Source of the DNA: Oligoflexia bacterium
Lineage (GTDB): Bacteria > Bdellovibrionota > Bacteriovoracia > Bacteriovoracales > Bacteriovoracaceae
Assembly (NCBI GenBank): GCA_015231325.1
Contig: JADGBS010000003.1
Coordinates: 1 to 56,311, forward strand
Length of the DNA stretch: 56,311 nucleotides
Direction of reading: 5' to 3'
In this document: piece by piece, positions 39,101-48,470 of the stretch
Numbering within the stretch: the stretch's first letter is position 1
Layout: the number at the start of each line of letters is the position of its first letter
Program-made: the position numbers and the translations under genes
Notes under the pieces: model-generated
Told to the model about the DNA's origin: nothing
Seen by the model: the letters and a program-made list of their open reading frames with translations, nothing else
Database searches by the model: none

Positions 39101-39421
39101 CAAAACACAATATGGATTTTGATTGTTCGTTCCCTCGCTTAAAAAACGCTCAACATCCAATCCCTTGATATACGCCACACTTTTGCTATTAGCACTGACC
39201 CCCAGAACTTTGCCGACGTTAGTCGTACCATACCAGTATACCGCCTGATCAGAGGTGGGTGTACTAACAGGAGTACTAGTTTCCACGGGAGTGGGAGTAG
39301 ACGTATTAATAACAATAGTGCGCTCACCCACTTTAGAATTAAGACATCCTCCCAAAAACAACAATACTGCTGCAGTTGCAAAAAATGATTGTCCGGATTT
39401 TTTTGTCAAATACCATTTCAT
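33137..39421 (-). CDS. Giant (2094-aa) Cys-rich lipoprotein with an internally duplicated ~160-aa module, unknown function
   Basis: One uninterrupted ORF. ATG 39421 (MKWYLTKK) has GGGGGAGG 8 nt upstream. Lipobox LFLGGC. Many Cys residues, including C-x2-D-x-D-C motifs (CNNDVDC, CHSDLDC). Confidence 0.75.
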   Translation of the reverse strand: MKWYLTKKSGQSFFATAAVLLFLGGCLNSKVGERTIVINTSTPTPVETSTPVSTPTSDQAVYWYGTTNVGKVLGVSANSKSVAYIKGLDVERFLSEGTNNQNPYCVLFTFLVGGIDKKQLRVHSAPMQQANYEQATKEKYLRLDFGEETSSRKACGGVIDGFAADSPDTVYWPGEVCSKCTQNISSIGKGVKLYYSSSTMSNSSEVPTSKLDLSSLTLQLLVNSDAADSNKVCDKSDCRRQGLDCCLDGQCVKDGALRPNAASNPNYRQALTEAALNPMKFVSWPEIYYVCTERVVVTPTASTTPGTEVSAAKLRIQYLKEYYFCSVFAQLDPAIYKYCQSSFDASSYNVVKNIIWSLCECATVGTPAPEDPQNTCTTYGLDAYDSSQNLISFSYDSANPITPSLTYGRILSVNTNKITDVDVSVRGSSVNSYLRQGSNLQNNYCLVINFDKSVSSGAGVLKKQLRLFAEVVSQKNFATKENENFFRFDLTNAQKNQLYCTGDVSDIEGNSVSGSDAAYTISNVCVGNCSSLNQGGTALYISSNVSSTQTISESGRVTSPSLSVLKLNISNTGNTESSSTLAGYYWSVVNADKIADVRCHAQSQAEPTPFQELNKKINARSAPHRFFSSSDGKEILNFSMYRNTPETTPISVEGTPFSYEDELRKTKPKNVKFNMNAILGQMNADGSRALPAVVLNIKSRESYIISVVSGTYSPCPMCAPDPWFSSFSAFPPSSIGVGLQSIGHTTSRSSMDDNHGKGNYEDTIWGRACWIPPTMIPFSHRGADTVVEQRARRLKTQAAFYVNGYKRDWYGFNLGALIGSFDGVSWFAIGNNRRVVATSDKLFLAINAPFADLADPTDLVVQVISDDGGVSTVPTYDWNHDITDSKDPNQNNAGSCQENHFCNNDVDCITSLGWEYMCGKVSLLRTRWPRFSENGDELRDKEEDLNSTAFTADNFFGSVVFDPQNLYPWKNSKRCVYRGMGAPCVVDYSKIDNLDLRRLFTCAPNFYCAGLESQEFNSELNREPSNVFAILFGQEANMLGRPKNYTLLAKDKLDEGTVQTAIQLNAKKQKSSLYDGDKLRVGLCRPGKNLTLSGSGRPVNSHKSKDPAGRADYISQIGSCNADYKASASVGIGRIHSCPLLYDDPDDVNNYGNYYYINSIVYPSSLEAKMKAQNSCGAESLHGMGFDNVFAEIEMGPSTTLKYLDRNGGVLVKDACLRRAGAICHSDLDCSPSKFHEEIAGRYNRSYFGDTEAERNYWKESLICGQYDEKTSYTSTNAEDAKLYKNFQFNRNRCCRASGQTLTMYTQGFSDAEMEEDEILANAKLDTAPSGFAVDYPYAEGRYSRYTILEKLTTDTGSVMTTPLPVQLKVVFTPAEKVYGTPGSKVPAPYQWKTVHDTAAKTCCSGWVRAFADGTHNWLGASGKLSFDINNFACINFRNPIFDDQYKSESISDQTWSQEKAHYCEDRVNWGCIHYMQGKSGMKDSVSYSSDRGGIAKSTKDVPIVFPQPLSNEWASTDWSNRVWSRDSLRSDTKAVMGDPSLYIHSAKRMGYLHDLAPYLIFGVDDAEITGFLNAADANLKDNAKYCYDPDGDTAYRYGAMGPGCPYLVLQIPSYMYGGQNIEEVWLSRRSIGGDDFEGWGEGGSADKAPAPMLLARAAESNANGECRMQGNTNVPRLFEGGDTFADMNNNIKSGWCYRPVSGNRYGWLYIRRPFCHSFIAGVNVQDQAPVDGVDDATQCVLANFNFDLVRQGNYSNTAGVIVKFKSFAHTTFSWGTPGIALATATPKIIIPGNDVYYLEKLARLDLKGIPGMPYEPIYCSYNANMLVPGIFKDVITGPSGGATPFTNRAAFESKAINYDRTDYYPITIPRPGAANQDETAPTPKVVFKDLISEEHADIFSPDQFFCCQRLGSVVTDYTKCCSGFAKLVPAAGAGAGGAGNTERYVCTLPRSTDLNVYFNRFVSGEGSYPELDKTIRLLDSDFDPVTGYPLSSTQASTLEKLVALGEKFCSDLAVVTGAAFGNYGPRPGSGIQYDGNSSLPVQVPYGILYRVEAPADRDYTVTQNVTDGYKGAEWFNVTGRRWNHHYYCGKNTN

Positions 39422-39466
39422 AGCATAGACCTCCCCCAAATATTTCGTGGAAGTCTATATAATAGA

Positions 39467-39511
39467 AAAGGCCCAGCGGTTAGTCTACAATCTACTAATC
39501 ACTGGGCCTTT
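39467..39511 (-). terminator. Intrinsic terminator after groEL
   Basis: AAAGGCCCAG (39467-76) pairs with CTGGGCCTTT (39502-11), with an inner GTTAGT/ACTAAT stem. On the minus strand the hairpin is followed by TTTTCTATT. Confidence 0.6.
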
Positions 39512-39549
39512 CAAATAACATTATTTTATACTAATTTATAAACGCTAAA

Positions 39550-41190
<1,641 letters not shown>

Positions 41191-41245
41191 CTATTCCCCT
41201 AGTTAGATAAAAAATTTAAAAAATTAAATAAAAAATTAAATAAAA

Positions 41246-41545
41246 TTATCGACAGTTATCCACTACGCCCAAAATATCATCTTCACGCATAATCAAATAA
41301 TCTGTACCGTCGAGTTTAACTTCGGTCCCTGCATATTTGCTGAAAAGAATACGATCCCCTTTTTTTACATCTAGGGGACGAACATTACCGTCGGTAGTAT
41401 TGCGATGTCCTGTCCCTACAGCAACCACCTCCCCTTCACTTGGTTTTTCCTTATTGTTGTCAGGGATGATAATGCCGCCTTTAGTCTTAGTTTCGGCCTC
41501 AATTCTCTTTACCAAAACTCTATCTTGTAACGGTCTAATAAGCAT
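41246..41545 (-). CDS. groS: Co-chaperonin GroES
   Basis: [29 protein letters not shown]...GEVVAVG. ATG 41545 has AGGAGG 5 nt upstream. The track start at 41650 is an artefactual extension. Confidence 0.95.
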   Translation of the reverse strand: MLIRPLQDRVLVKRIEAETKTKGGIIIPDNNKEKPSEGEVVAVGTGHRNTTDGNVRPLDVKKGDRILFSKYAGTEVKLDGTDYLIMREDDILGVVDNCR

Positions 41546-41684
41546 AAGTGCCTCCTGTAATAAAATTAAAATAAAAGTAAAAATAAAAATAAACAACAAA
41601 CAATAATAGTAAAAGATAGTAAACGAAAAACAAAACAACACAAAAAACAAAACTCACAAGAACGATTTCAAACGCTCAATCTAA

Positions 41685-41711
41685 AATTGAGGACAGTGAA
41701 TTTATTGTCAA
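41685..41711 (-). promoter_or_regulatory. Sigma-32 (RpoH)-like heat-shock promoter candidate for groES-groEL
   Basis: The minus strand reads CCCTTGACA-ataaattcactgt-CCTCAATTT. Compare the E. coli groE P(sigma-32), CCCTTGAA-N13-CCCCATTT. It lies about 135 nt upstream of the groES ATG. Confidence 0.4.
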
Positions 41712-41752
41712 GGGTAAGAAAAAAAAATTGCTGAAAAAAGATTGAATGCCTC

Positions 41753-44515
41753 TTATTGCAGTTCCAGCCAGTTGGCACCAACACTCAGCTCCACCTTCAA
41801 TCGCACGCGCAAACTCACCACCTCTTCCATCTCTCGTATAACAAGTTCTTTTAAGGCATCGAGCTGCTCAATATCATCGACCACTTCGAAGATCAGTTCA
41901 TCGTGTACTTGTAGCAACATTTTGGCATTGATTGCCGGCCGATTGACTGCACGCCCAGTATTCAAGGCGGCATTAATTTTGATCATCGCCAATTTAATGA
42001 TGTCGGCAGCGCTTCCTTGGATCGGGGTATTAATCGCCATTCTTTCCGCAAAGCTGCGTACGGTGCGGTTTTTGGAGTGAATATCAGGGAGAAAACGTTT
42101 TCGACCAAATAAAGTTTCTGCGTATCCACACTTAGCGCACTTCTCTTTCAAATGGTCGATATAGCTTTTCACTTGGTGAAAACGTTCAAAATAGGTTGTT
42201 ATATATTTTTTTGCATCCCACTGTGAAATTTTTAGAAATTGCGACAATCCAAACGATGATTGTCCATACATCAATCCAAAATTCACTGCCTTGGCCAAGG
42301 CCCGTTGCTCATCACTGACTGTCGTTAAGGGAACCATAAATATCTCCGAGGCAGTTTGCGCATGGATATCCTGATCGAGAGCAAATGCCTTAAGCATCAG
42401 TGGATCCTCTGAAAAATGTGCCAACAATCGCAACTCTATTTGTGAATAATCCGCTGAAAGCAACATTTTCCCTCTGTCAGCAATAATGCCTTTACGAATT
42501 TTCTTCCCATCTTCACTACGCACCGGAATATTCTGCAGGTTGGGATGATCAGAGGAAAGACGACCAGTGGCAGTAACCATAGCATTTAATGAAGTATGAA
42601 CCCGCTTACTAAAGGGATTAACTAAAGTAGGCAAAACTGTGACATAGGTCGAAAGCAGCTTATCCAACTCTCGATAACGTAATATCAATGCAGGAACATC
42701 GCTCACACCCATCAATGCTAGCGTCTCCAATACATCCGAATCAGTAGAGTTAATGGTCTTAGTCTTGCGGATTACCGGCAGTCCCAATTTATCAAATAGA
42801 AGAGCAGAAACTTGTTTGGGGGACTTTAGGTTTATTTCTATTCCCACTGCACTCTGTATTTTTTTTTCAATATCTTGCAATTCATGAGAGAAATCCCGTT
42901 CTAATTTATGAAAATGATCACTATCAATTACCACTCCCTCCTTCTCCATATTTGCCAAAGTTAAGACTAGTGGATTGTCTATATCGTGAAAGACTTCCCC
43001 TAAACTCAATTCTAAAATTTTAGTAGACAGATACTTCTCTAGAAGCCAGATCGCCTCCGTAGGCGTTTGATAGTCAGCTAATTTTTTCGGCAAATAGGTC
43101 GCGGCCAATTGCTGCAAATCATGTTTACTAGAAACATCTATAACATAGTGCGCAACGGCCAAATCGAGATACTGTGATTCAATCCTCTTTCCCATCACTC
43201 GCAAAACACAAAAACTTCTCTTTAAATTAACACCTAAGACCTTAAGCTTGGGATTTCCCCATATGGCATCAAGAAGAAGATTAAGCAATCCACGCAGCTT
43301 ATACTGCTCATCCAGCAACGCAATAGAAAAATTTTCCAAGGGCGAAGAAACGGCCGATTCCTCAGACGAAAAATCTGGTGAGGAGAGAGTAACGAAAATT
43401 TTCGAAAAACCGTCGGTAAAAATATCTTTTTCCTCGCTTTTGCGCGCACGCTTACCCTCCTTTTCATTTTCACTCAAAAATTCAGCATGAAAGGCCAACT
43501 GCTGATGCCGACAATTTTCAATTTTCTCTAATAAGTTGCGAAGTTCAGTAGCGTTAGTAATCGTTTTCGCCCCCGAGGCAATGATTGCAGCATCAGTCCC
43601 AATCTCAGTTTCTGTTTCAGTTTCTGTGTCTGTTCCTGTTTCGCGGGCCGTTCTTGGTCTTTTATCCAACTGTAATCTCTTTAATAGCGATCTAAAATTC
43701 CACTCTTCTAATAAGGCGATAAAATCTTCATTGGGAACGAAATGGTACTCGAGCTTAGATAACTCAATCTTTAGTTCAATGTCACTGACTAAGGTCAATA
43801 GCTTTTTCGAAAGCAGTCCATCCTCAGCGTATTCCTTAATGGCCGTATGATTTTTCTTATTCTTAATCTCGTCTTGACGCCGGATGCACTCCTCTAAAGA
43901 TCCAAACGCTTCTAGCAGAGTCACTGCTCCGCGATGGCCTATCCCCTTGATCCCTGGGATATTGTCGCTACTGTCACCAACTATCGCTAAATAGTCCACG
44001 ACCTTCCCTGGAGGTACCCCCATTTTTTCCTGTACCTCGGCCGGACCATACACTTTATCTAGCTTGGTATCGACAACCTTTACCTGTTCATCCACTAACT
44101 GCATTAAGTCCTTATCATTGCTAATGATGTATATCTCGTCGAAAGAGTGTTTCCAAAAATTTACTGCGGAACCAATGACATCATCGGCCTCATGACCTGA
44201 AGTACGGAAGGAGGGCAATTGCATTTTCTTAAGCAGATCATCTATCAACGGAAACTGTAAAAATAGGTTTTCCGGAGGAGCACTCCGATTGGCCTTGTAC
44301 TCTGGGTATAGAAATTTTCGATGTCCAGATCCCTTTTCGCTGTCTTTTGCAATCAGGATGTGGGTGGGTGATTGCTCCGAGAAAACTTTTAACAACATGG
44401 TCAAAACACCATAGACTGCGTTTACCGGCACCCCCTTCGGCGAGTTGAGAGCAGGAATAGCATAGAAGGCGCGAAAAATCAGACTACTCAGATCAATAAT
44501 TACTAATTTGTTCAT
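41753..44515 (-). CDS. polA: DNA polymerase I
   Basis: 5-prime nuclease N-terminus MNKLVIIDLSSLIFRAFYA. Polymerase motifs DYSQIELRLLAH, RALAKAVNFGLMYG and LQVHDELIFE. The ORF stays open to 44575 through a 12-nt repeat array, so the start is uncertain (44515 versus 44575). Confidence 0.9.
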   Translation of the reverse strand: MNKLVIIDLSSLIFRAFYAIPALNSPKGVPVNAVYGVLTMLLKVFSEQSPTHILIAKDSEKGSGHRKFLYPEYKANRSAPPENLFLQFPLIDDLLKKMQLPSFRTSGHEADDVIGSAVNFWKHSFDEIYIISNDKDLMQLVDEQVKVVDTKLDKVYGPAEVQEKMGVPPGKVVDYLAIVGDSSDNIPGIKGIGHRGAVTLLEAFGSLEECIRRQDEIKNKKNHTAIKEYAEDGLLSKKLLTLVSDIELKIELSKLEYHFVPNEDFIALLEEWNFRSLLKRLQLDKRPRTARETGTDTETETETEIGTDAAIIASGAKTITNATELRNLLEKIENCRHQQLAFHAEFLSENEKEGKRARKSEEKDIFTDGFSKIFVTLSSPDFSSEESAVSSPLENFSIALLDEQYKLRGLLNLLLDAIWGNPKLKVLGVNLKRSFCVLRVMGKRIESQYLDLAVAHYVIDVSSKHDLQQLAATYLPKKLADYQTPTEAIWLLEKYLSTKILELSLGEVFHDIDNPLVLTLANMEKEGVVIDSDHFHKLERDFSHELQDIEKKIQSAVGIEINLKSPKQVSALLFDKLGLPVIRKTKTINSTDSDVLETLALMGVSDVPALILRYRELDKLLSTYVTVLPTLVNPFSKRVHTSLNAMVTATGRLSSDHPNLQNIPVRSEDGKKIRKGIIADRGKMLLSADYSQIELRLLAHFSEDPLMLKAFALDQDIHAQTASEIFMVPLTTVSDEQRALAKAVNFGLMYGQSSFGLSQFLKISQWDAKKYITTYFERFHQVKSYIDHLKEKCAKCGYAETLFGRKRFLPDIHSKNRTVRSFAERMAINTPIQGSAADIIKLAMIKINAALNTGRAVNRPAINAKMLLQVHDELIFEVVDDIEQLDALKELVIREMEEVVSLRVRLKVELSVGANWLELQ

Positions 44516-44573
44516 TAATTTACCCATTAATTTACCCGTAAAATTACCCATTAAATTACCTATTAATTTACTC
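44514..44573 (-). repeat. Five tandem 12-nt units (attaatttaccc and variants) at the polA 5-prime end
   Basis: Read directly. On the coding strand each unit is atgggtaaatta-like, giving MSKL-IGNL-MGNF-TGKL-MGKL-MNKL. Confidence 0.9.
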
Positions 44574-44626
44574 ATTGTAAAAAACCAGAAAAAAACAGAT
44601 CATCTCATCTCTCAGATCAACCTATC

Positions 44627-45130
44627 TCAGAGAGGACGCTCCGACTCAAACCAACTTTCACGTTTTTTGGTCAAGTTGAGACGGTGAGGATCGTTGGCAA
44701 TGACTGTGGTGTCCGCCATAACATCCCCTAGGCGATGTCCAGAATCCAAGGAAAATAACAAATACAACTCAAGCGAAACCAGAGGTAGACCTAATAGTAT
44801 TGCCAACAACCACCCCCAAAAAGGGATAATTAGCAGGGCGGTAGGTATTATTAATGGTAAATTTCTGATAGACGATTGACGAAATGAGCAGGGACGTCCA
44901 TCATCTAAGGAAATGACTGCTAGGCCGATAAATTTTTTCCCCACTGACTGCCCATGTTGCAGGGAGTCTGAAATGCACAGGTAGGCAACGGCTAACAAAA
45001 CCCCTAAAGGGTGAACCACGGTGCAGAGAATAAGGGCAATGAAAAGATCGATCGACTTAGCGATGATCCTGGATAGGCGAGCAATCCGAATCTGAGACTG
45101 AAGGAGGTATTTTTTATCAATGATATTCAT
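44627..45130 (-). CDS. RDD-family membrane protein
   Basis: 167 aa with three TM helices. RIIAKSIDLFIALILCTVV...GQSVGKKFIGLAVISLDDG is typical of the RDD domain. Confidence 0.65.
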   Translation of the reverse strand: MNIIDKKYLLQSQIRIARLSRIIAKSIDLFIALILCTVVHPLGVLLAVAYLCISDSLQHGQSVGKKFIGLAVISLDDGRPCSFRQSSIRNLPLIIPTALLIIPFWGWLLAILLGLPLVSLELYLLFSLDSGHRLGDVMADTTVIANDPHRLNLTKKRESWFESERPL

Positions 45131-45260
45131 ATCGCTTGTCTCGTTTTGTATGTGTACGCACTATGATTCTAACTAAAAGCGGTCGCGCTGAAAATACAGA
45201 ATAATTTTTTTTGTTGATATTACAACTTAATTTATAACATAGTTTAAAAGGGAGTTCCCA

Positions 45261-45590
45261 ATGTCGAATCTTCAGCAAGTAGATAAAAGTAGTTTTGAGA
45301 ATACTGTCTTAAAATCCAATGTCACTGTAGTTGTAGACTTCTGGGCGGAATGGTGCGGTCCCTGCCGCTCACTTGCCCCAATATTAGAAGAAATTGCGGG
45401 TGAATTAGGAGAAAAGGCAAAAATCGTCAAATTAAACGTTGATCAAAACCCACAATTGGCCAACCAGTACGGAATACGTGGAATCCCAACTTTGATCTTC
45501 TTCAAAAATGGTCAGGTAAAAAAGACTTTAGTTGGTAATCAACCAAAATCAGAGATTTTGAAGTCCGTACAGGAAGTAGATTTAGTCTGA
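45261..45590 (+). CDS. trxA: Thioredoxin
   Basis: 109 aa: VVVDFWAEWCGPCRSLAPILEE...GIRGIPTLIFFKNG. Confidence 0.95.
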   Translation: MSNLQQVDKSSFENTVLKSNVTVVVDFWAEWCGPCRSLAPILEEIAGELGEKAKIVKLNVDQNPQLANQYGIRGIPTLIFFKNGQVKKTLVGNQPKSEILKSVQEVDLV

Positions 45591-45668
45591 GCAGTTCTAG
45601 GTGATTCTACTAGACAATAGTGTGGAAAATTTGAGATTTTGCGATTTTGGGAGATTGGGAGATTTTTA

Positions 45669-46316
45669 ATGAATGAAGAAATTCAATTACCACAATCAAT
45701 GTTTATACCGCTGAGCAATGACACCGAGCAACGTCATCGACAACGTTACATCGAAGATTCGCTAGGGGATGCACATCGACTATTGACTCAATTTCTTCGA
45801 GAGAAAGAGAACACCCTCACGATAGAAACAGTCATAAACCAAATGGTTACCACTATTAGGGCCAAAGGCAAAATCATGGCCTGCGGAAATGGGGGGTCAA
45901 TGTGCGATGCCATGCACTTTGCGGAAGAGCTCACTGGTCGCTTCAACAAAGATCGACCACCAATTGCCGCCATTGCCATCAGTGACCCTAGTCATCTCAC
46001 CTGCACCGCTAATGATTTTGGATATGACGAAATTTTTTCACGTACCATACTAGCGCTAGGAAAAAAAGAGGACACTCTTTTGGCGATCTCTACTAGTGGC
46101 AACTCTCCTAACGTGCTAAAAGCAGTGGCCAGCGCCAAAGAAATTGGCATGCGCACTGTTGGATTAACCGGTAAGGGTGGAGGCAAACTGAAAGATCTTT
46201 GTGATATTGCTGTAGTGGTCAATGAAGCACACACCGAGCGAATTCAAGAGATGCATATCAAGTTGATACACATTCTAATTGGTGCAATCGAACGAGAGAT
46301 TTATCCAGATAACTGA
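45669..46316 (+). CDS. gmhA: Phosphoheptose isomerase (SIS domain)
   Basis: IMACGNGGSMCDAMHFAEELTGRF...AISTSGNSPNVLKAV...GLTGKGGGKL. I prefer ATG 45669 over the TTG at 45639. Confidence 0.85.
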   Translation: MNEEIQLPQSMFIPLSNDTEQRHRQRYIEDSLGDAHRLLTQFLREKENTLTIETVINQMVTTIRAKGKIMACGNGGSMCDAMHFAEELTGRFNKDRPPIAAIAISDPSHLTCTANDFGYDEIFSRTILALGKKEDTLLAISTSGNSPNVLKAVASAKEIGMRTVGLTGKGGGKLKDLCDIAVVVNEAHTERIQEMHIKLIHILIGAIEREIYPDN

Positions 46317-46399
46317 CTTGATTTATATTTGATTTATATTTTTTTACACGAATACACCTTTAGCTTGCTATAATCTTCTTTTTTGGCTATTCAGTTATA

Positions 46400-46803
46400 G
46401 ACTGAGAAAAGGGAATTATCGCTGGTCGTTTTAAGCTCTTAATGAGTGGCAACGGCTGGAGGAAGGTCCGGACACCTGAGACGTTCGTAGCGGGTAACGC
46501 CCGTCCATCGCAAGGTGAGGACAAGTGCAACAGAAAGTATGTACGGCAATCAAAACCACTGATCTAGATTCTTTTTCCTCTTTGGTCTCCTTTTGGTTTG
46601 GTTTTATTTTTTGGCCTTTTTAGTCGGTTTTGGTTGTGCTGTAGTGAAATCAGGTAAACTCTACGAGGTGCAAGCCTATGTAGGCCAACGCTAATGGTTC
46701 GTCTCCCAAATGTTGGCGGGTAAGGCGCTGGAGACCAACAGTAATGTCGGTCCTAGAGGAATGATAATTGAAAACAGAATCCGGCCTACCCCTTCTCTCA
46801 GTC
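46400..46803 (+). ncRNA. rnpB: RNase P RNA (bacterial type A-like)
   Basis: CR-I GGAGGAAGGTCCGGAC (46457-72), CAACAGAAAGT, GGTAAACTC and CR-V ACAGAATCCGGCCTAC (46774-89). P1 pairs GACTGAGAAAAGGG with CCCCTTCTCTCAGTC. Followed by a T7 run. Confidence 0.9.
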
Positions 46804-46814
46804 TTTTTTTATTT

Positions 46815-48428
46815 CTAGACCAGTTGTTCTACCGGTGATTCTCTTTCCTGCTCGCTACTAATATTGAAACATCCGATTGAGCGTAGGTTGCGTAGCGAAG
46901 AGTCGACAATCAACCTAGAAACTTCTACAGCATTTCGCAAACCAATAAGCATATCGCTCAGCTTGGCATCGTAGTAAAAGTTGTAGATTTCTTCGGCCAA
47001 CTCACCCAACATGGCCCTGGCCCGCTGCAAGCGGTAGCGAGATCGGGTCAATCCAACGTAGTTCCACATTGTTTGCTTGAGCGTCAACCAATCTTGCAAA
47101 ATTAGCGCACTGTCACTCGCACCTTGTCCTAATTTCCAATTACGAATTTTACTACCATCATATAGTTGATTTAGAGATTGATCGAGGAGCAATTTGGCGG
47201 CAATGTCTTCTGCTGCCAAATATCCCCAAGTTAAACCTTCGAGTAACGAAGTCGATGCCAACCGGTTAGCACCATGTACACCTGTGCACGCCACTTCCCC
47301 AACAGCATAGAGATTAGGAAGAGTGGTTTCTCCATGAAGACCTACCTTCACTCCACCACACATATAATGCGCCGCCGGCACTACAGGGATTGGCCCTTTT
47401 GTTATATCAATATTTTTGGCCAGGCAATGATTATAGATCGTCGGGAAACGATCTATTAACCATGTACTATCTTTAAAAGAAATATCGAGATAGACACAAT
47501 CATCGCCGGTTGCCAACATTTCGGAAGAAATCGCCCGTGCGACAATATCACGAGAAGCAAGTTCTCTCATTGGATGATACCTCTCCATAAAGGTTTCTCC
47601 TCGAGAATTCAGTAAAACCCCTCCCTCTCCACGGACTGCTTCACTGATCAAGAACCGACGATGCGAAGAACGATCGTAAAAAGTGGTTGGATGAAATTGA
47701 ATAAACTCCATGTTGAGCAGAACAGCTCCCGCACGATGGGCCATCGCTTGCCCATCACCACGAATTCCCTCCGAGTTAGAATGGTGTAAATACAAGGCAC
47801 CTAGTCCCCCAGTTGCCAGTACAGTTTTTCTAGAAATAATTTTCTTCACGACACCGGTAGTTTGGTCAAAAACATAAGCGCCCACTACCCAATGCTGATA
47901 GCGCTGAATAATATCTAAACCATGATGGGCCGGAGTAATCAAATCAATAGCAGTATGTCCAGTTAACAAAGTCAAATTAGGAAATTTCCCTGAACGTAAG
48001 ACATAATTTACCAATGAATTCTCGATGGACTGCCCAGTATAATCTCCTTTGAAAATAATCCGCTTCTCCGAATGCGCGGCCTCCTTAGTAAATTTAAGCC
48101 CGCCCGCCTCATCGCGAGAAAAATCGGTGCGCACTTTGTCTATCAAAATCTCCTCTACCATTCGAGGAGAAATTTCCGCCATCAATTTAGTGGCCACAAG
48201 ATCAGAGGTATAACTGCTAGCACGCTTAATATCCTCTATAAACAGTTCTGGATTGTTTCTAGCATAAACAATACCTCCTTGCGCCCAATAAGTATTAGTT
48301 TCAGCAGGATCATTCTCTCTGGTTACGATTACAATTTTAAGTCCCTGCTCCGCTAATTTTAGAGCTAGCACTAGACCTGAAATCCCACAACCAATAATCA
48401 AAACATCGGTTTCAATATCGCTACTCAT
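46815..48428 (-). CDS. nadB: L-aspartate oxidase
   Basis: 537 aa with an FAD fold (DVLIIGCGISGLVLAL), plus HYMCGGV and GANRLASTSLLEG. Confidence 0.9.
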   Translation of the reverse strand: MSSDIETDVLIIGCGISGLVLALKLAEQGLKIVIVTRENDPAETNTYWAQGGIVYARNNPELFIEDIKRASSYTSDLVATKLMAEISPRMVEEILIDKVRTDFSRDEAGGLKFTKEAAHSEKRIIFKGDYTGQSIENSLVNYVLRSGKFPNLTLLTGHTAIDLITPAHHGLDIIQRYQHWVVGAYVFDQTTGVVKKIISRKTVLATGGLGALYLHHSNSEGIRGDGQAMAHRAGAVLLNMEFIQFHPTTFYDRSSHRRFLISEAVRGEGGVLLNSRGETFMERYHPMRELASRDIVARAISSEMLATGDDCVYLDISFKDSTWLIDRFPTIYNHCLAKNIDITKGPIPVVPAAHYMCGGVKVGLHGETTLPNLYAVGEVACTGVHGANRLASTSLLEGLTWGYLAAEDIAAKLLLDQSLNQLYDGSKIRNWKLGQGASDSALILQDWLTLKQTMWNYVGLTRSRYRLQRARAMLGELAEEIYNFYYDAKLSDMLIGLRNAVEVSRLIVDSSLRNLRSIGCFNISSEQERESPVEQLV

Positions 48429-48470
48429 CCGCTAAATACTCCTCTCTATTCTGATCTAACCTGATCTGAT

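Noticed and set aside
41546-41752. CIRCE (HrcA operator) upstream of groES
   Set aside because: No TTAGCACTC-N9-GAGTGCTAA-like inverted repeat on either strand. A sigma-32-like promoter fits better.
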